64,000 nucleotides of DNA from Mustelus asterias (taxonomy: Eukaryota). The notes beneath the pieces were generated by a model that saw nothing but the letters and a program-made list of their open reading frames with translations, made no database searches and was not told the DNA's origin. The stretch spans positions 33,666,001 through 33,730,000 of the forward strand of contig NC_135804.1 of assembly GCF_964213995.1 (NCBI RefSeq). The letters run 5' to 3'. The position numbers and the translations under genes were made by a program. Position 1 is the first letter of the stretch. Every line of letters begins with the position of its first letter. Shown here piece after piece: positions 26,429 through 37,010 of the stretch.

Positions 26429-26775
26429 GGAGAATGTTATCAAAATTATGTTATTACAGTACATTCGTTCACTCTATAGAAATAACAATTAAAATATTCA
26501 AAAGTACTGATGGGCTGAACGAAGTTTTCATTTCCATATTTTAATGTGTTGATCTGTACTTCTGGAGGGATAGTTTCATAACCTGGAAAAATAGGATAGT
26601 ATGTTTGTTGATTTGATTGTGAACAGGGACGAAGAGGCACAAAAACAAACTCTGGGGTAATAGCAGACATGATTCAGCAGAGTAAAAAACAACTTTCAAA
26701 CCAAAACAGAAACTCAAAGCTTCTGTAACTCAAATCTATTTTTAAACTACCACTTTACTACAATAAAATATTCCA
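26429..26775 (+). repeat. Source copy of a ~345-bp local direct duplication (second copy 28703-29048)
   Basis: Direct alignment by eye shows roughly 8-10 differences. Confidence 0.92.
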
Positions 26776-26829
26776 GTGGAAAGCTGACGATCTGATATTC
26801 CACAATAAAGAATAAGTTTAATTAATTTG

Positions 26830-27135
26830 GGAAGCACAGTGGTTAGCACTGCTGCCTCACAGCGCCAAGGACCCAGGTTCGATTGTGAGCTTGAGTGACT
26901 TTCAGTATGGAGTTTGCACGTTCTCTGTGTGGGTTTCCTCTGGATGCTCCAATTTCCTCCTACAATCCAAAGTTATGCAGGTTAGATGGATTGGGCATGG
27001 TAACTGTGTGGGGTTATGGGGATAGGGTGGAGGAGAGGGCCTGAGTGGGGTGCTATTTTAAAGAGTTGATGCAGACTCGATGGGGCTGGATAGCCTCTTT
27101 CTGCATAGTACGGATCTTCTACAGATTCTATGGTT
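26830..27135 (+). mobile_element. tRNA SINE
   Basis: agcacagtggttagcactgctgcctcacagcgcc head and CR1-type tail. Confidence 0.8.
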
Positions 27136-28696
27136 CCAATTAATTTATTGCATTTTGCATAGATCTTTTGTTTTAAATGCGTTAAATAATCATTAAATCC
27201 AAGCTATTACCATTTCATAACTTAACACGTGGTCAATCTCTTGCTCAGTCACTTGTCTTCTTTATGTGATCTGTACAGAAATTGTAACTGAGTAATACAT
27301 TTTCCTTTGCAGAAAGTAAAAACATTTTGACCAAAGCTGAGATATCTTATCTATTACCTACTGCAAGTACGTATTTCATACCCTGTAGTTCTTGTGATTG
27401 TGTTTATGTCTGCCCCTTTTTGTTGCCCACATTATCATTTCTGCATGTCAGTCTGGTGCCACCGAAGTGTATGCACCTGCAATTGATGTAAATTTATTCC
27501 CTACATATTCAACGAATATTGAACATGTACCAAGTAACGCACATTGCAAAATTAATCTCTGCTGTCATTTTAAAATTCATTAAAGCAAACCATACTCCCA
27601 TTTTCATTGTGCACGGAACACAGAAAATCTGAGAATAAAATTAAAAATATATAACATTGACATTTATAGTTTTCAGAGGGAATTTGAATTTATCCATCAC
27701 TTGGGGTGAGGAAAGCAAATTTAAAAACTGCTTTGTATGCCATGGCCCAATTTTGTAATTGTGCTTTGCTAAAAATACAGAAAATCTCAAGAGCTATCTA
27801 GTCCTCTCTACCTGTTGTAGCATCCTTTAACTGTTCAAAATGTTACTATACCCTGTCATGCGTGTCTTGGAGAGTTTGCTTTTTTTATTGCGATTATTAC
27901 ACCAAAATTCTCATTTGGCATTTTTGATGATATCCACATCCTTAATAAACACCTTGACACCTACATGCTTTCATGTCCTATACTCCTGTGTCCTACTTCC
28001 TCTGTTCCTCCTTTTGTCATATTTTAATTTCCTTGATCATTCTAATTTTGTGTACTTGCAATGCTATTGTACGGGCATAAGGATTAGTAGAAGGAAAAAC
28101 TCTGCCAAGTTTTACATATTCTTGATTGCATCCATTTCCTTAACATCATCTGTAGCACACAGCTTAAAACCATTTCACTTAAGTGAATTAAAATCATTCA
28201 ACTTGCATTTATGCAGTCTTTCTCTGGTTATACATCAAACTTAGCAGATATTTACAGGTGAATATGTGCAGTCATCACAAGGACAATGATGTGCAATTTG
28301 AAACATTGGCACTTATAATAGTTGTAAATCAGTACATGAGAAACAAATGTTTATATTGCACCACCATTCTCCATGTGCTGGTGGTGTTGCTTTCAGAAGG
28401 GAGACACATTCCCCCAGGAGCAGATGCTGGTGCCTGCACATTGCCTCTAACTCTCTGTGGGTGCACATTCTCTTTCTGACTGGGTGTGCTTGCCCTCACA
28501 CTCTGGTGGTATGGAGGCTCATTTTTGTGTGTGGGACTGTGCACACTCAGTCGGTGTGCATGCTCTCTCACTTTCTCTAGCTGGGTGTTCATTCTCTCGT
28601 TATGAAGATAGATTGGTGAAGTTGGGACTGTTTTCCTTGGAGAAAAGAAGGCCGAGAGAAGATGTGATAGAGCTATTCAAAATCATGAGGGGTCCA

Positions 28697-30693
28697 TTTT
28701 GGGGAGAATGTTATCAAAATTATGTTATCACAGTACATTTGTTCACTCTATAGAAATAACAATTAAAATATTCAAAAGTACTGATGGGCTGAACGAAGTT
28801 TTCATTTCCATATTGTAATGTGTTAATCTGTACTTCTGGAGGGATAGTTTCATAACCTGGAAAAATAGGATAGTATGTTTGTTGATTTGATTGTGAACAG
28901 GGACGAAGAGGCACAAAAACAACTCTGGGGTAATAGCAGACATGATTCAGCAGAGTAAAAAACAACTTTCAAACCAAAACAGAAACTCAAAGCTTCTGTA
29001 ACTCAAATCTATTTTTAAACGACCACTTTACTACAATCAAATAATCCAAGTTTGCCGACAACACGAAGGTTGGTGGGGTTGTGGATAGTCTGGAGGGATG
29101 TCAGAAGTTACAGAGGGACATAGATAGGATGCAAGGCTGGGCGGAGAAGTGGCAGATGGACTTCAACCCAGATAAATGCGTAGTGGTCCATTTTGGCAGG
29201 TCAAATGGGATGAAGGAGTACAATATAAAGGGAAAGACTCTTAGTACTGTAGAGGATCAGAAGGACCTTGGGATCCGGGTCCATAGGACTCTAAAATCGG
29301 CCCCGCAGGTGGAGGAGGTGGTTAAGAAGGCGTATGGTGTGCTGGCCTTTATCAATCGAGGGATTGAGTTTAGGAGTCCGGGGATAATGATGCAGCCATA
29401 TAAGACCCTCGTCAGACTCCACTTGGAGTACTGTGCTCAGTTCTGGTCGCCTCATTACAGGATGTGGAAAAGATTGAAAGGGTGCAGAGGAGATTTACAA
29501 GGTGTTGCCTGGATTGAGTGGCATGCCTTATGAGGATAGGCTGAGGGAGCTCGGTCTTCTCTCCTTGGAGAGACGTAGGATGAGAGGAGACCTAATAGAG
29601 GTATACAAGATGTTGAGAGGCATAGATCGGGTGACAAAATTCATAATGCTAAAGTGCAAAGGGACTTGGGAGTCCTAGTCCAGGATTCTCTAAAGGTAAA
29701 CTTGCAGGTTGAGTCCGTAATTAAGAAAGCAAATGTAATGTTGTCATTTATCTCAAGAGGCTTGGAATACAAAAGCAGGGATGTACTTCTGAGGCTTTAT
29801 AAAGCACTGGTTAGGCCCCATTTGGAGTACTGTGAGCAATTTTGGGCCCCACACCTCAGGAAGGACATACTGGCACTGGAGCGGGTCCAGCGGAGATTCA
29901 CACGGATGATCCCAGGAATGGTAGGCCTGACATACGATGAACGTCTGAGGATCGTGGGATTATATTCATTGGAGTTTAGGAGGTTGAGGGGAGATCTGAT
30001 AGAAACTTACAAGATAATGAACGGCTTAGATAGGATGGACGTAGGGAAGTTGTTTCCATTAACAGGGGAGACTAGGACGCGGGGGCACAGCCTTAGAATA
30101 AAAGGGAGTCACTTTAGAACAGAGATGAGGAGAAATTTCTTCAGCCAGAGAGTGGTGGGTCTGTGGAATTCATTGCCACAGAGGGCTGTGGAGGCCGAGA
30201 CGTTGAGCGTCTTCAAGACAGAAATTGATAAATTCTTGATTTCTCGAGGAATTAAGGGCTATGGGGAGAGAGCGGGTAAATGGAGTTGAAATCAACCATG
30301 ATTGAATGGTGGAGTGGACTCGATGGGCCGAATGGCCTTACTTCCGCTCCTATGTCTTATGGTCTTATGGTCTTATGGGTGGACTCTCAGAGGCTTTTTC
30401 CCAGGGTGGAAATGGCTGCTACGAGAGGACACAGGTTTAAGGTGCTGGGGGCTAGGTACAGGGGAAATGTTAGGGGGAAGTTTTTCACACAGAGGGTGGT
30501 GGGCGAGTGGAATCGGCTGCCATCAGTGGTGGTGGAGGCAAACTCAATAGGGTCTTTTAAGAGACTCCTGGATGAGTACATGGGACTTAATAGGATGGAG
30601 GGTTATAAGTAGGCCTAAAAGGTAGGGATATGTTTGGCACAACTTGTGGGGCCGGAGGGCCTGTTTTGTGCTGTAGTTTTTCTATGTTTCTAT
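28697..30693 (+). mobile_element. Composite insertion: captured local DNA + 5'-truncated CR1 (about 29048-30693), itself interrupted by a second CR1
   Basis: Flanked by GTCCA at 28692-28696 and 30694-30698 inside an older CR1 fragment; RT ORF 29081-29533; (TTCTATG)-type tail. Confidence 0.85.
29634..30376 (+). mobile_element. Young nested CR1 3' fragment with an intact 211-aa RT C-terminal ORF
   Basis: ORF 29654-30289 ([20 protein letters not shown]...FFSQRVVGLWNSLP), (TCTTATGG)3 tail, and GGGTG on both sides (29629-29633, 30377-30381). Confidence 0.9.
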
Positions 30694-30899
30694 GTCCAGA
30701 CAAAGTACTGAGAAAGAAACTGCGCCTCCTCATAATAGGATTGAGAACGTTGGGCGGGGGGGGGGGGGGGGGGGGGGTGGGGGGGAGGGTGCTCTATTTC
30801 TATCGTGTAATAATTATCACATTCATCTAACACACATAAGGTCTCCAGTTCAAAACCTGACAGAAACATTATCCAAAATGTAATCTAACATTATCCAAA

Positions 30900-31203
30900 T
30901 GGGGCAGCACAGTGACACAATAGTTGGCATTGCTGCCTCACAGCGCCAGGAATCCGGTTCAACTCCTGCCTTGGGTCATTGTCAGTGTGGAGTCGGCATG
31001 TTCTCCCCGTGTCTGCAGGGGTTTCCTTCAGGTGCTCCAGTTTCCGCCCACAGTCCGAAAGGCGTGCTGGTTAGGTGCATTGGCCAGGCTAAATTCTCCC
31101 TCAGTCAACCCGAAGAGGTGCCGGAGTGTGACGACCAGGGGATTTTCACAATAACTTCATTGCAGTGTTAATGTAAGCCTAGTTGTGACACTAAATAAAT
31201 AAA
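30900..31203 (+). mobile_element. tRNA SINE, second subtype (…gtgttaatgtaagcct…aataaa tail)
   Basis: Same subtype as 36705-37010 and 55030-55315. Confidence 0.8.
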
Positions 31204-31256
31204 TGGAGCGAGAAGGCACAGATTTCATGTAATTGGCAAAAGAAGCAAGGACGATA

Positions 31257-31324
31257 GAATATGCAGTAAGTGGTTGACAGAATATGCAGTAAGTGGTTGA
31301 CAGAATATGCAGTAAGTGGTTGAC
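31257..31324 (+). repeat. 23-bp tandem repeat x3 (GAATATGCAGTAAGTGGTTGACA)
   Basis: Three consecutive copies visible within a CR1 tail remnant. Confidence 0.9.
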
Positions 31325-31599
31325 GTGTGAAACACACTTCCCCAGACTGTGGTGGAGGCAGGTTCAATTGAGACAGCCAGAAGGGAATTATAGTGTTATC
31401 TGAAAGAGGAAGAATGCGCGGGGTTATTGGGGGGCAAGGTGGGGGGAATGACACTGGGTGAATTGCGCATTGGGAGAACCAGTGGACGCACCATGGGCCA
31501 AAGGGCCTCCTGCTGTGCTGTAACATTCTGTGCGGCTCTGGGGTCTGCCAGTTGCCCTCCTTGCTCCCCAGTGTCACCTGCTCCAACCACAGGGCCCCA

Positions 31600-32453
31600 T
31601 AACGTCGGCTGCTCTACGGCGGCGCCCACCACCAGCACCACCTTGCCACTCCCAGGGTCACGTGCTGGCGCACGCGTCCCGCCCTATCACGTGCTCCACC
31701 CACTACGCCAGGCACGGAGATACGTGCTCCCTCCGGGGCCCCGCCCCCAACGTGATCCACAGTCCCGCCCCATGTATGTCACGTGCTCCCTCCCGTGGCC
31801 CCGCCCCAGTGTGTCACGTGCTCCCTCCCGTGGCCCCGCCCCAGTGTGTCACGTGCTGCGCTCCGGGCTGAGGAAGATGGCGCGGGGCTCCGGTGGTGGT
31901 GCTGGGGGGGAAGGAGAAGCCGGCCTTGAAGCGCTGTTTGGGCCGATAATGCGAGTGTGAAATGTTTGCCGCGCCGACGCTGTGGATGACAAGGCCTGCT
32001 CCCTCTATGCGGACGAGGAGTGAGGAGCTGTGCGGCTGCAGTTATCACCCACATAAACATTTCTTTAGGACTCCCAGTTCCTGAGTGTTTGTCAAACTGA
32101 CGCTCGGGCCTCCGCTCTGAAGGAAATGGCAGACTCGCAGCATCGGCCCTGCTCCGCCGGCAAAGCGGCCCGCTCGCAGCCGCTCTCACGGCTCCGGGAA
32201 GAGCACGGAAAGGTAAAGGCCGTGAATAAGCGGGCGGGCGGCGGCGGCGGCCGTTGTGTTAAAATCAGGCGGAGAGTTTGAAGAATGAGGAGACGGAGCC
32301 GCGGCCTCGGCTGGAATCGGGCTTTTCTCGGCCTCCTGCCCTCCCCCTGAGCCCAGCGTTTCTCTTTAAAGCGACGATTTAAATGTATCGGGTCCCCCCC
32401 CTCAACATCGACCCCCAGCCCGGTGTAAAACCTGCTTCCCGGCGCATCAGCCA
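31600..32453 (+). other. Inverted duplicate of the URI1 promoter, 5' leader, coding exon 1 (32126-32212) and start of intron 1
   Basis: The reverse complement of about 20092-20780 matches about 31778-32453. It has the same 29-codon exon and GTAAAG donor; ORF-track entries 20349(+) and 32189(-) are identical for the first ~100 aa. Confidence 0.93.
31778..31857 (+). repeat. 35-bp minisatellite (about 2.3 copies); each unit has an E-box GTCACGTG and a GC box CCCCGCCCC
   Basis: Unit gtcacgtgctccctcccgtggccccgccccagtgt; CACGTG at 31780, 31815 and 31850. Confidence 0.9.
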
Positions 32454-32699
32454 CACCAACAAAAGTTGGACACCTGCAAAGAGGCCTGCGTTCCTGAGAA
32501 AGAGAGAGTGAGTGGAAACGGGAAATGATCAAGAAAAAACATCAATTTGTGAGTTTGAGGTGGCACTACTGCCTCTTAGCGCCCGGGACCTGGGTTCAAA
32601 TACTGGCTTGGGTCACTCTGCGGAGTCTGCACCTGTGTCTGCGTGGGTTTCCTCTGGGTGTTCCGTGTTAAATTCTCCCTCAGTGTACTTGAATGAATG

Positions 32700-33850
32700 A
32701 TAATGATTTGGATGAGAATTTAGGAGGCATGGTTAGTAAGTTTGCAAATGACACCAAGATTGATGGCATTTTTAAAAAGTTTTATTAGTCACTAGTAAGG
32801 CTGCAATGAAGTTACTGTGAAATTCACTTGGTTCTCACAGTCCCCCGGCACCTGTTTGGGTCAATGTAACTAACCAGCGCATCTTTCAGAATGTGGGAGG
32901 CACCCGGAGGAAACCCACGCAGAACGTACAAATTCCACACATAGTGACCCAAGCCGGGAATCGAACCCGGGTCCCTGGTACTGTGAAGCAATGGAGCTAA
33001 CCGCTGTGAAGAAAGTTATCGAGGATTGCAGCGGGTTCTTGATCAATTGGGCCAGTGAGATGACGGATGGCAAACGGAATTTAATTTAGATAAATGCGAA
33101 ATGATGCATTTTGGAGATCAAATCAGGGCTGCACTTAGTTAATGGTAGGGTGTTGGGGAAAGTTATAGAACAAAGAGATCTAGGGGTACAGGTTCATAGT
33201 TCTTTGAAAATGGAGTCACAGGTGGACAGAGTGGTGAAGAAGGCATTCAGCATGCTTGGCTTCATTGGTCAGAACATTGACTACAGGAGTTGAGACCTCT
33301 TGTTGAAGTTGTACAAAAGATTGATAAGGCCACACTTGGAGTACTGTGCACAGTTCTGGTCACCCTATTATAGAAAGGATATTGTTAAACTAGAAAGAGT
33401 GCAGAAAAGATTTACCGGGATGCTGCCGGGACTTGGTTTGAGTTGTAAGGAGAGGCTGGATAGACTGAGACTTTTTTCTCTGGAGCGTAGGAGGCTGAGG
33501 AGTGATCTTAGAGATCTATAAAATCAGCTAGATACTGAATATCTTTTCCCAAAGGTAGGGGAGTCTAAAACTAGAGGGCATCGGTTTAAGGGGAGAGACA
33601 CAAAAGGGTCCAGAGGGGCAATTTTTTGACAGAGGATAGTGAGTGTCTGGAACAAGCTGCTAGAGGTAGTAGTAGAGATGGGTACAATTAATTTTGTCTT
33701 TATAAAAATCGTTTAAACAGTTACATGGGTAAGATGGCTATAGAGGCACATGGGCCAAACGCGGGCAATTGGGACTAGCTTAGTGTTTTTTTTAAAAAAG
33801 TGGCGACATGGACAAGTTGGGCTGAAGGGCTTGTTTTCATGCTGTAAACT
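32700..33850 (+). mobile_element. CR1 LINE RT fragment interrupted by a minus-strand SINE (about 32780-33005)
   Basis: ORFs EQRDLGVQVHSSLK and [18 protein letters not shown]. Confidence 0.85.
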
Positions 33851-34019
33851 GTGAACAGGCACCGGCTGGAGTGTGGCGACGAGGGGATTTTCACAGTAAC
33901 TTCATTAACTTGTTAATGTAAGCCTAATTGTGACATTAATAAATAAACATTTTTTTAAACTTTGTACGGCATTCCCAGTCAGTCAGTTTAGAGTCAGAAT
34001 TCGAACAATCCTCTTGGAA

Positions 34020-34320
34020 TCATAAAATAGAATCATAGAATCCCTACGGTGTAGGAGGAGGCCATTCAGCTCATCAAGTCTGCACCAACCACTATCCCAC
34101 TAGGGCCTTATCCCTGTAATCCCATGTATTTACCCTGATAATCCTCCTAACACTGACAGGGAATTTCACATGGCAAATCAACCTAACTGCACATCTTTGA
34201 ATTGTAGGAGGAAACACAAGCAAACAATGGGGGAATGTGCAAACTCCACACAGACTCCAGGGCCAGAATTGAACCTGGGTCCCTAGCGCTGTGAGGCAGC
34301 ATTGCTCGCTACTGTGCCGT
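34020..34320 (-). mobile_element. tRNA SINE
   Basis: Reverse-complement HE1-like SINE with an agaatcatagaatc tail. Confidence 0.75.
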
Positions 34321-35286
34321 CGGGAACCAAGCTTAAAGATCCAAAGTCTGCACAGACCTTTTACAACATTAATTATACCATGTGACATGTGTATAAGAGG
34401 GAGAGAATGAGTTTCAACACAAGGCAACGGGGACAACATTTTGTTGTCACAGAGGATCAGGTAGGATGTTGTAATCAGCAGCAAGGTGATGGTAGTCACT
34501 TGCTAACCTTAAAGAAAGCTGTCTACAAAAATCTAGAGTTCTTTGTGGCATGGGCTTCCCCTTTCCTGATGCCAGTTTGGGGATAGAACCTGACATGCCC
34601 CAAGCAATCAGTTCCACTGAAGTAATCTCCCAAGCAGCAAATATAGTTAAAGGCAAAATGCTGCAGATGTTGGAATCTGAAACAAAAGCAAATACTGGAG
34701 AAACTTAGCAGGTCTGACAGTATCTAATTCGAGCTGATGAAGGGTCATCCAGACTCAAAACATTGGCTCCATTCTTTCTCATATGCAGGAAGTATAAATG
34801 ACTGAATCGCTTCACTTTTAACCTTTAAATTTTATAGTCACAATGTTAGAATGCAGCCATGGGACTTAGCTGGCCACTGAAATATTGTAAACTTGAAAAA
34901 ACCTTTAGGATGTAAGTTGCCTTTTCAGAAGGGGGAAATTTGACATTCAAAGTGAAATTATGCTAGGGGTTGTGAATTGTTTAACAGTAATTATGAATGT
35001 GCCACACCATATTTTAAAAAAAACCCAGTTTCACCTCGTTTTTCAAGGCTTTTAACTGGGAGACAAAGTTTTCATCAATTAAATGATTTCTAATTGCATT
35101 CTAAGGGGCACTTCTAAAGCAATATCGAATCTCCAACAGCAAACTATGCAGGTGAAGTTCAGAGGAGTAATGTCTGAATATTGACGCCTTTAGTGTTATT
35201 GTTACTACAAAATTGAGGCTGGTGAAACCCCAATCTGAATGAAGCTATTTATTACATTGTCACTGTTTGGTACCCAATGCCTCCCA

Positions 35287-35583
35287 TTGTAGTTTCTCGG
35301 CTTTTTGGCTACGAATCAAGTGTAGTATCGACAATGCTGTACTTGGTTGAAGTCATTAGGTTATATCTTAGCTTCATTTGAAGCAATTTTTAAAAGCGGC
35401 ATCTCGGCCTTTTGGCTAAGATGCAAATGAGATAAACCTTGGAGGAGGTGCAATGCCTCAGCTTGGATCATGTAGATCAAGCCCAAGACAGGAGGGGAGA
35501 GCCCTGTCTTGTCAGCTTGGATCAGGAATGTCTCACTCGTTGAGACTCTGAATTGGACTTGATTGGATTGAATTTTTTTTTTA
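35287..35583 (+). pseudogene. Element carrying two U2 snRNA 5' fragments (35294-35329 and 35399-35422), ending in a T-run
   Basis: ttctcggctttttggctacgaatcaagtgtagtatc and tctcggccttttggctaagat match U2 nt ~6-40 and ~7-27 (ATCGCTTCTCGGCCTTTTGGCTAAGATCAAGTGTAGTATC). The rest of U2 is absent. Confidence 0.75.
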
Positions 35584-36704
35584 AATGATATTACCTCAGC
35601 GTAAAATGATGTTTTAACTCAAATGCTTGTGTTACGGAAAATGTTGTTAAATATTCCTCTTTGTGTGTTCCAAAGGAGCGAGACCGATAAATTGTTATAG
35701 TGCTGACTAGCCATTCCTATATGATTGGTAATAATAGCAGTCTTCCATTTGCACTTGACTAGGTTTCGGAGGAAGCAGTTCTTACGATCCCAGGTAATGT
35801 TACTTACTGGACACTCGGGTCGCAGGATGGATCTCTGGCTTGATAGATCGCAACTCTTGTTTTAAAGATGTAGGTGAACGGAGTCACAGGATTGCTGATT
35901 AACTTTTAATAAAATATTTTCTTGTTTAAAGGTTTTAACTACAATACACTACTCCACCCCACAAAAATTACAAAATAGATTTTATCCTCGTGTTCTTAGT
36001 AAATAAAGGTAAGGTAAAGTCGCCATAGTCCCAGTTGACTATAGGTTGCTCTCCCCATTGAGTGGGGAGCTAACTGGTAGCGATTTAACTTGAGGATCAC
36101 CACACCGCAGGCGAGGGGCAAAGTTGAGAAGGCAGGCTTTCATGAATAACCTCAGCCAATACGGGAATTGAACACATGTTGTTAGCGTCATTCTGAACTG
36201 ACTTCCTGACGAATACTGTAGTCCTAACTCCCTGGTTTCTTGGACAACTTTTCTTCCTTTGGGATGTCTGCTTTCTGCAGCTCCTTGGTCCGGTCCAGCT
36301 TAAAATTAATTCAAAAGTTTTTTCTATGCAAGGGTGGCCCCTGGTTGCTAAGCAATAGCCTGTTTTTTCCCTTAAGCCCTTTAGAATGCAGACATAGTTC
36401 AAAGGCACCCTTGTTTAACATTAGGCTAATTAGGTTTTTAACCCTTTCATACAAAAACAAAAAAATAAACTTAAAGTTATACTCTATATAATTCCCACAA
36501 ATATAAATTATTTAAAGCTACTTTTATTTCCCCTCGGTCCACATCCATGTCACAATTTTGTTCCTAACTTGCCTTGGGAAGTATTCCATACTTATATTTT
36601 TTACAGAACCTGATTAGCCATGAGTAAGACCTTCAATAATTATTGGAAAATAATAATTTTAAATGAGTCGTCACAAAGATGGGTTGTATTATCAGCTGGT
36701 CAAT

Positions 36705-37010
36705 AGGGGCAGCACAGTTGTTAGCACTGCTGTCTCTCAGCGCCAGGGACCCAGGTTCAATCCCCAGCTTGGATCACTGTCTGTACGGAGTTTGTACGTT
36801 CTCCCCGGGTCTGCATGGTTTCCTCCAGGTGCTCTGGTTTCCTCCCACAATCTGAAAGACGTGCTGGTTAGTTGTATTGGCCATGCAAAATTCTCCCTCA
36901 GTGTACCCGAACAAGCGCTGGAGTGTGGCGACTAGGGGATTTTCACAGTAACTTCATCGCAGTGTTAATATAAGCCTACTTGTGACACTAATAAATAAAC
37001 TAAAAAAAAG
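36705..37010 (+). mobile_element. tRNA SINE, second subtype
   Basis: ggggcagcacagttgttagcactgctg head and cttgtgacactaataaataaac tail. Confidence 0.85.

Noticed and set aside
26446-26670. Duplicated 74/81-aa minus-strand ORFs (GYETIPPEVQINTL...) as a tandem gene pair
   Set aside because: An acceptor-like TTTTTCCAG exists, but I found no consistent partner exons or homology; the duplication is explained by LINE-associated capture.
27840-28244. 134-aa hydrophobic ORF
   Set aside because: T-rich compositional ORF with no splice signals or recognisable domain.
30753-30789. Long poly-G runs (also 43183-43203 and about 51949-51966) as functional G-quadruplexes
   Set aside because: Homopolymers inside repeat debris or introns; length is unreliable and nothing supports function.
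31257-31324. 23-bp repeats as a CRISPR array
   Set aside because: No spacers, eukaryotic context, no cas genes; a simple tandem duplication.
35294-35422. Functional U2 snRNA gene
   Set aside because: Only the first ~40 nt are present, with mismatches; no Sm site or 3' stem-loops.
35798-36553. Possible solo LTR (TG...CA) containing a SINE at about 36005-36200
   Set aside because: No target-site duplication or second copy visible, so boundaries cannot be supported.
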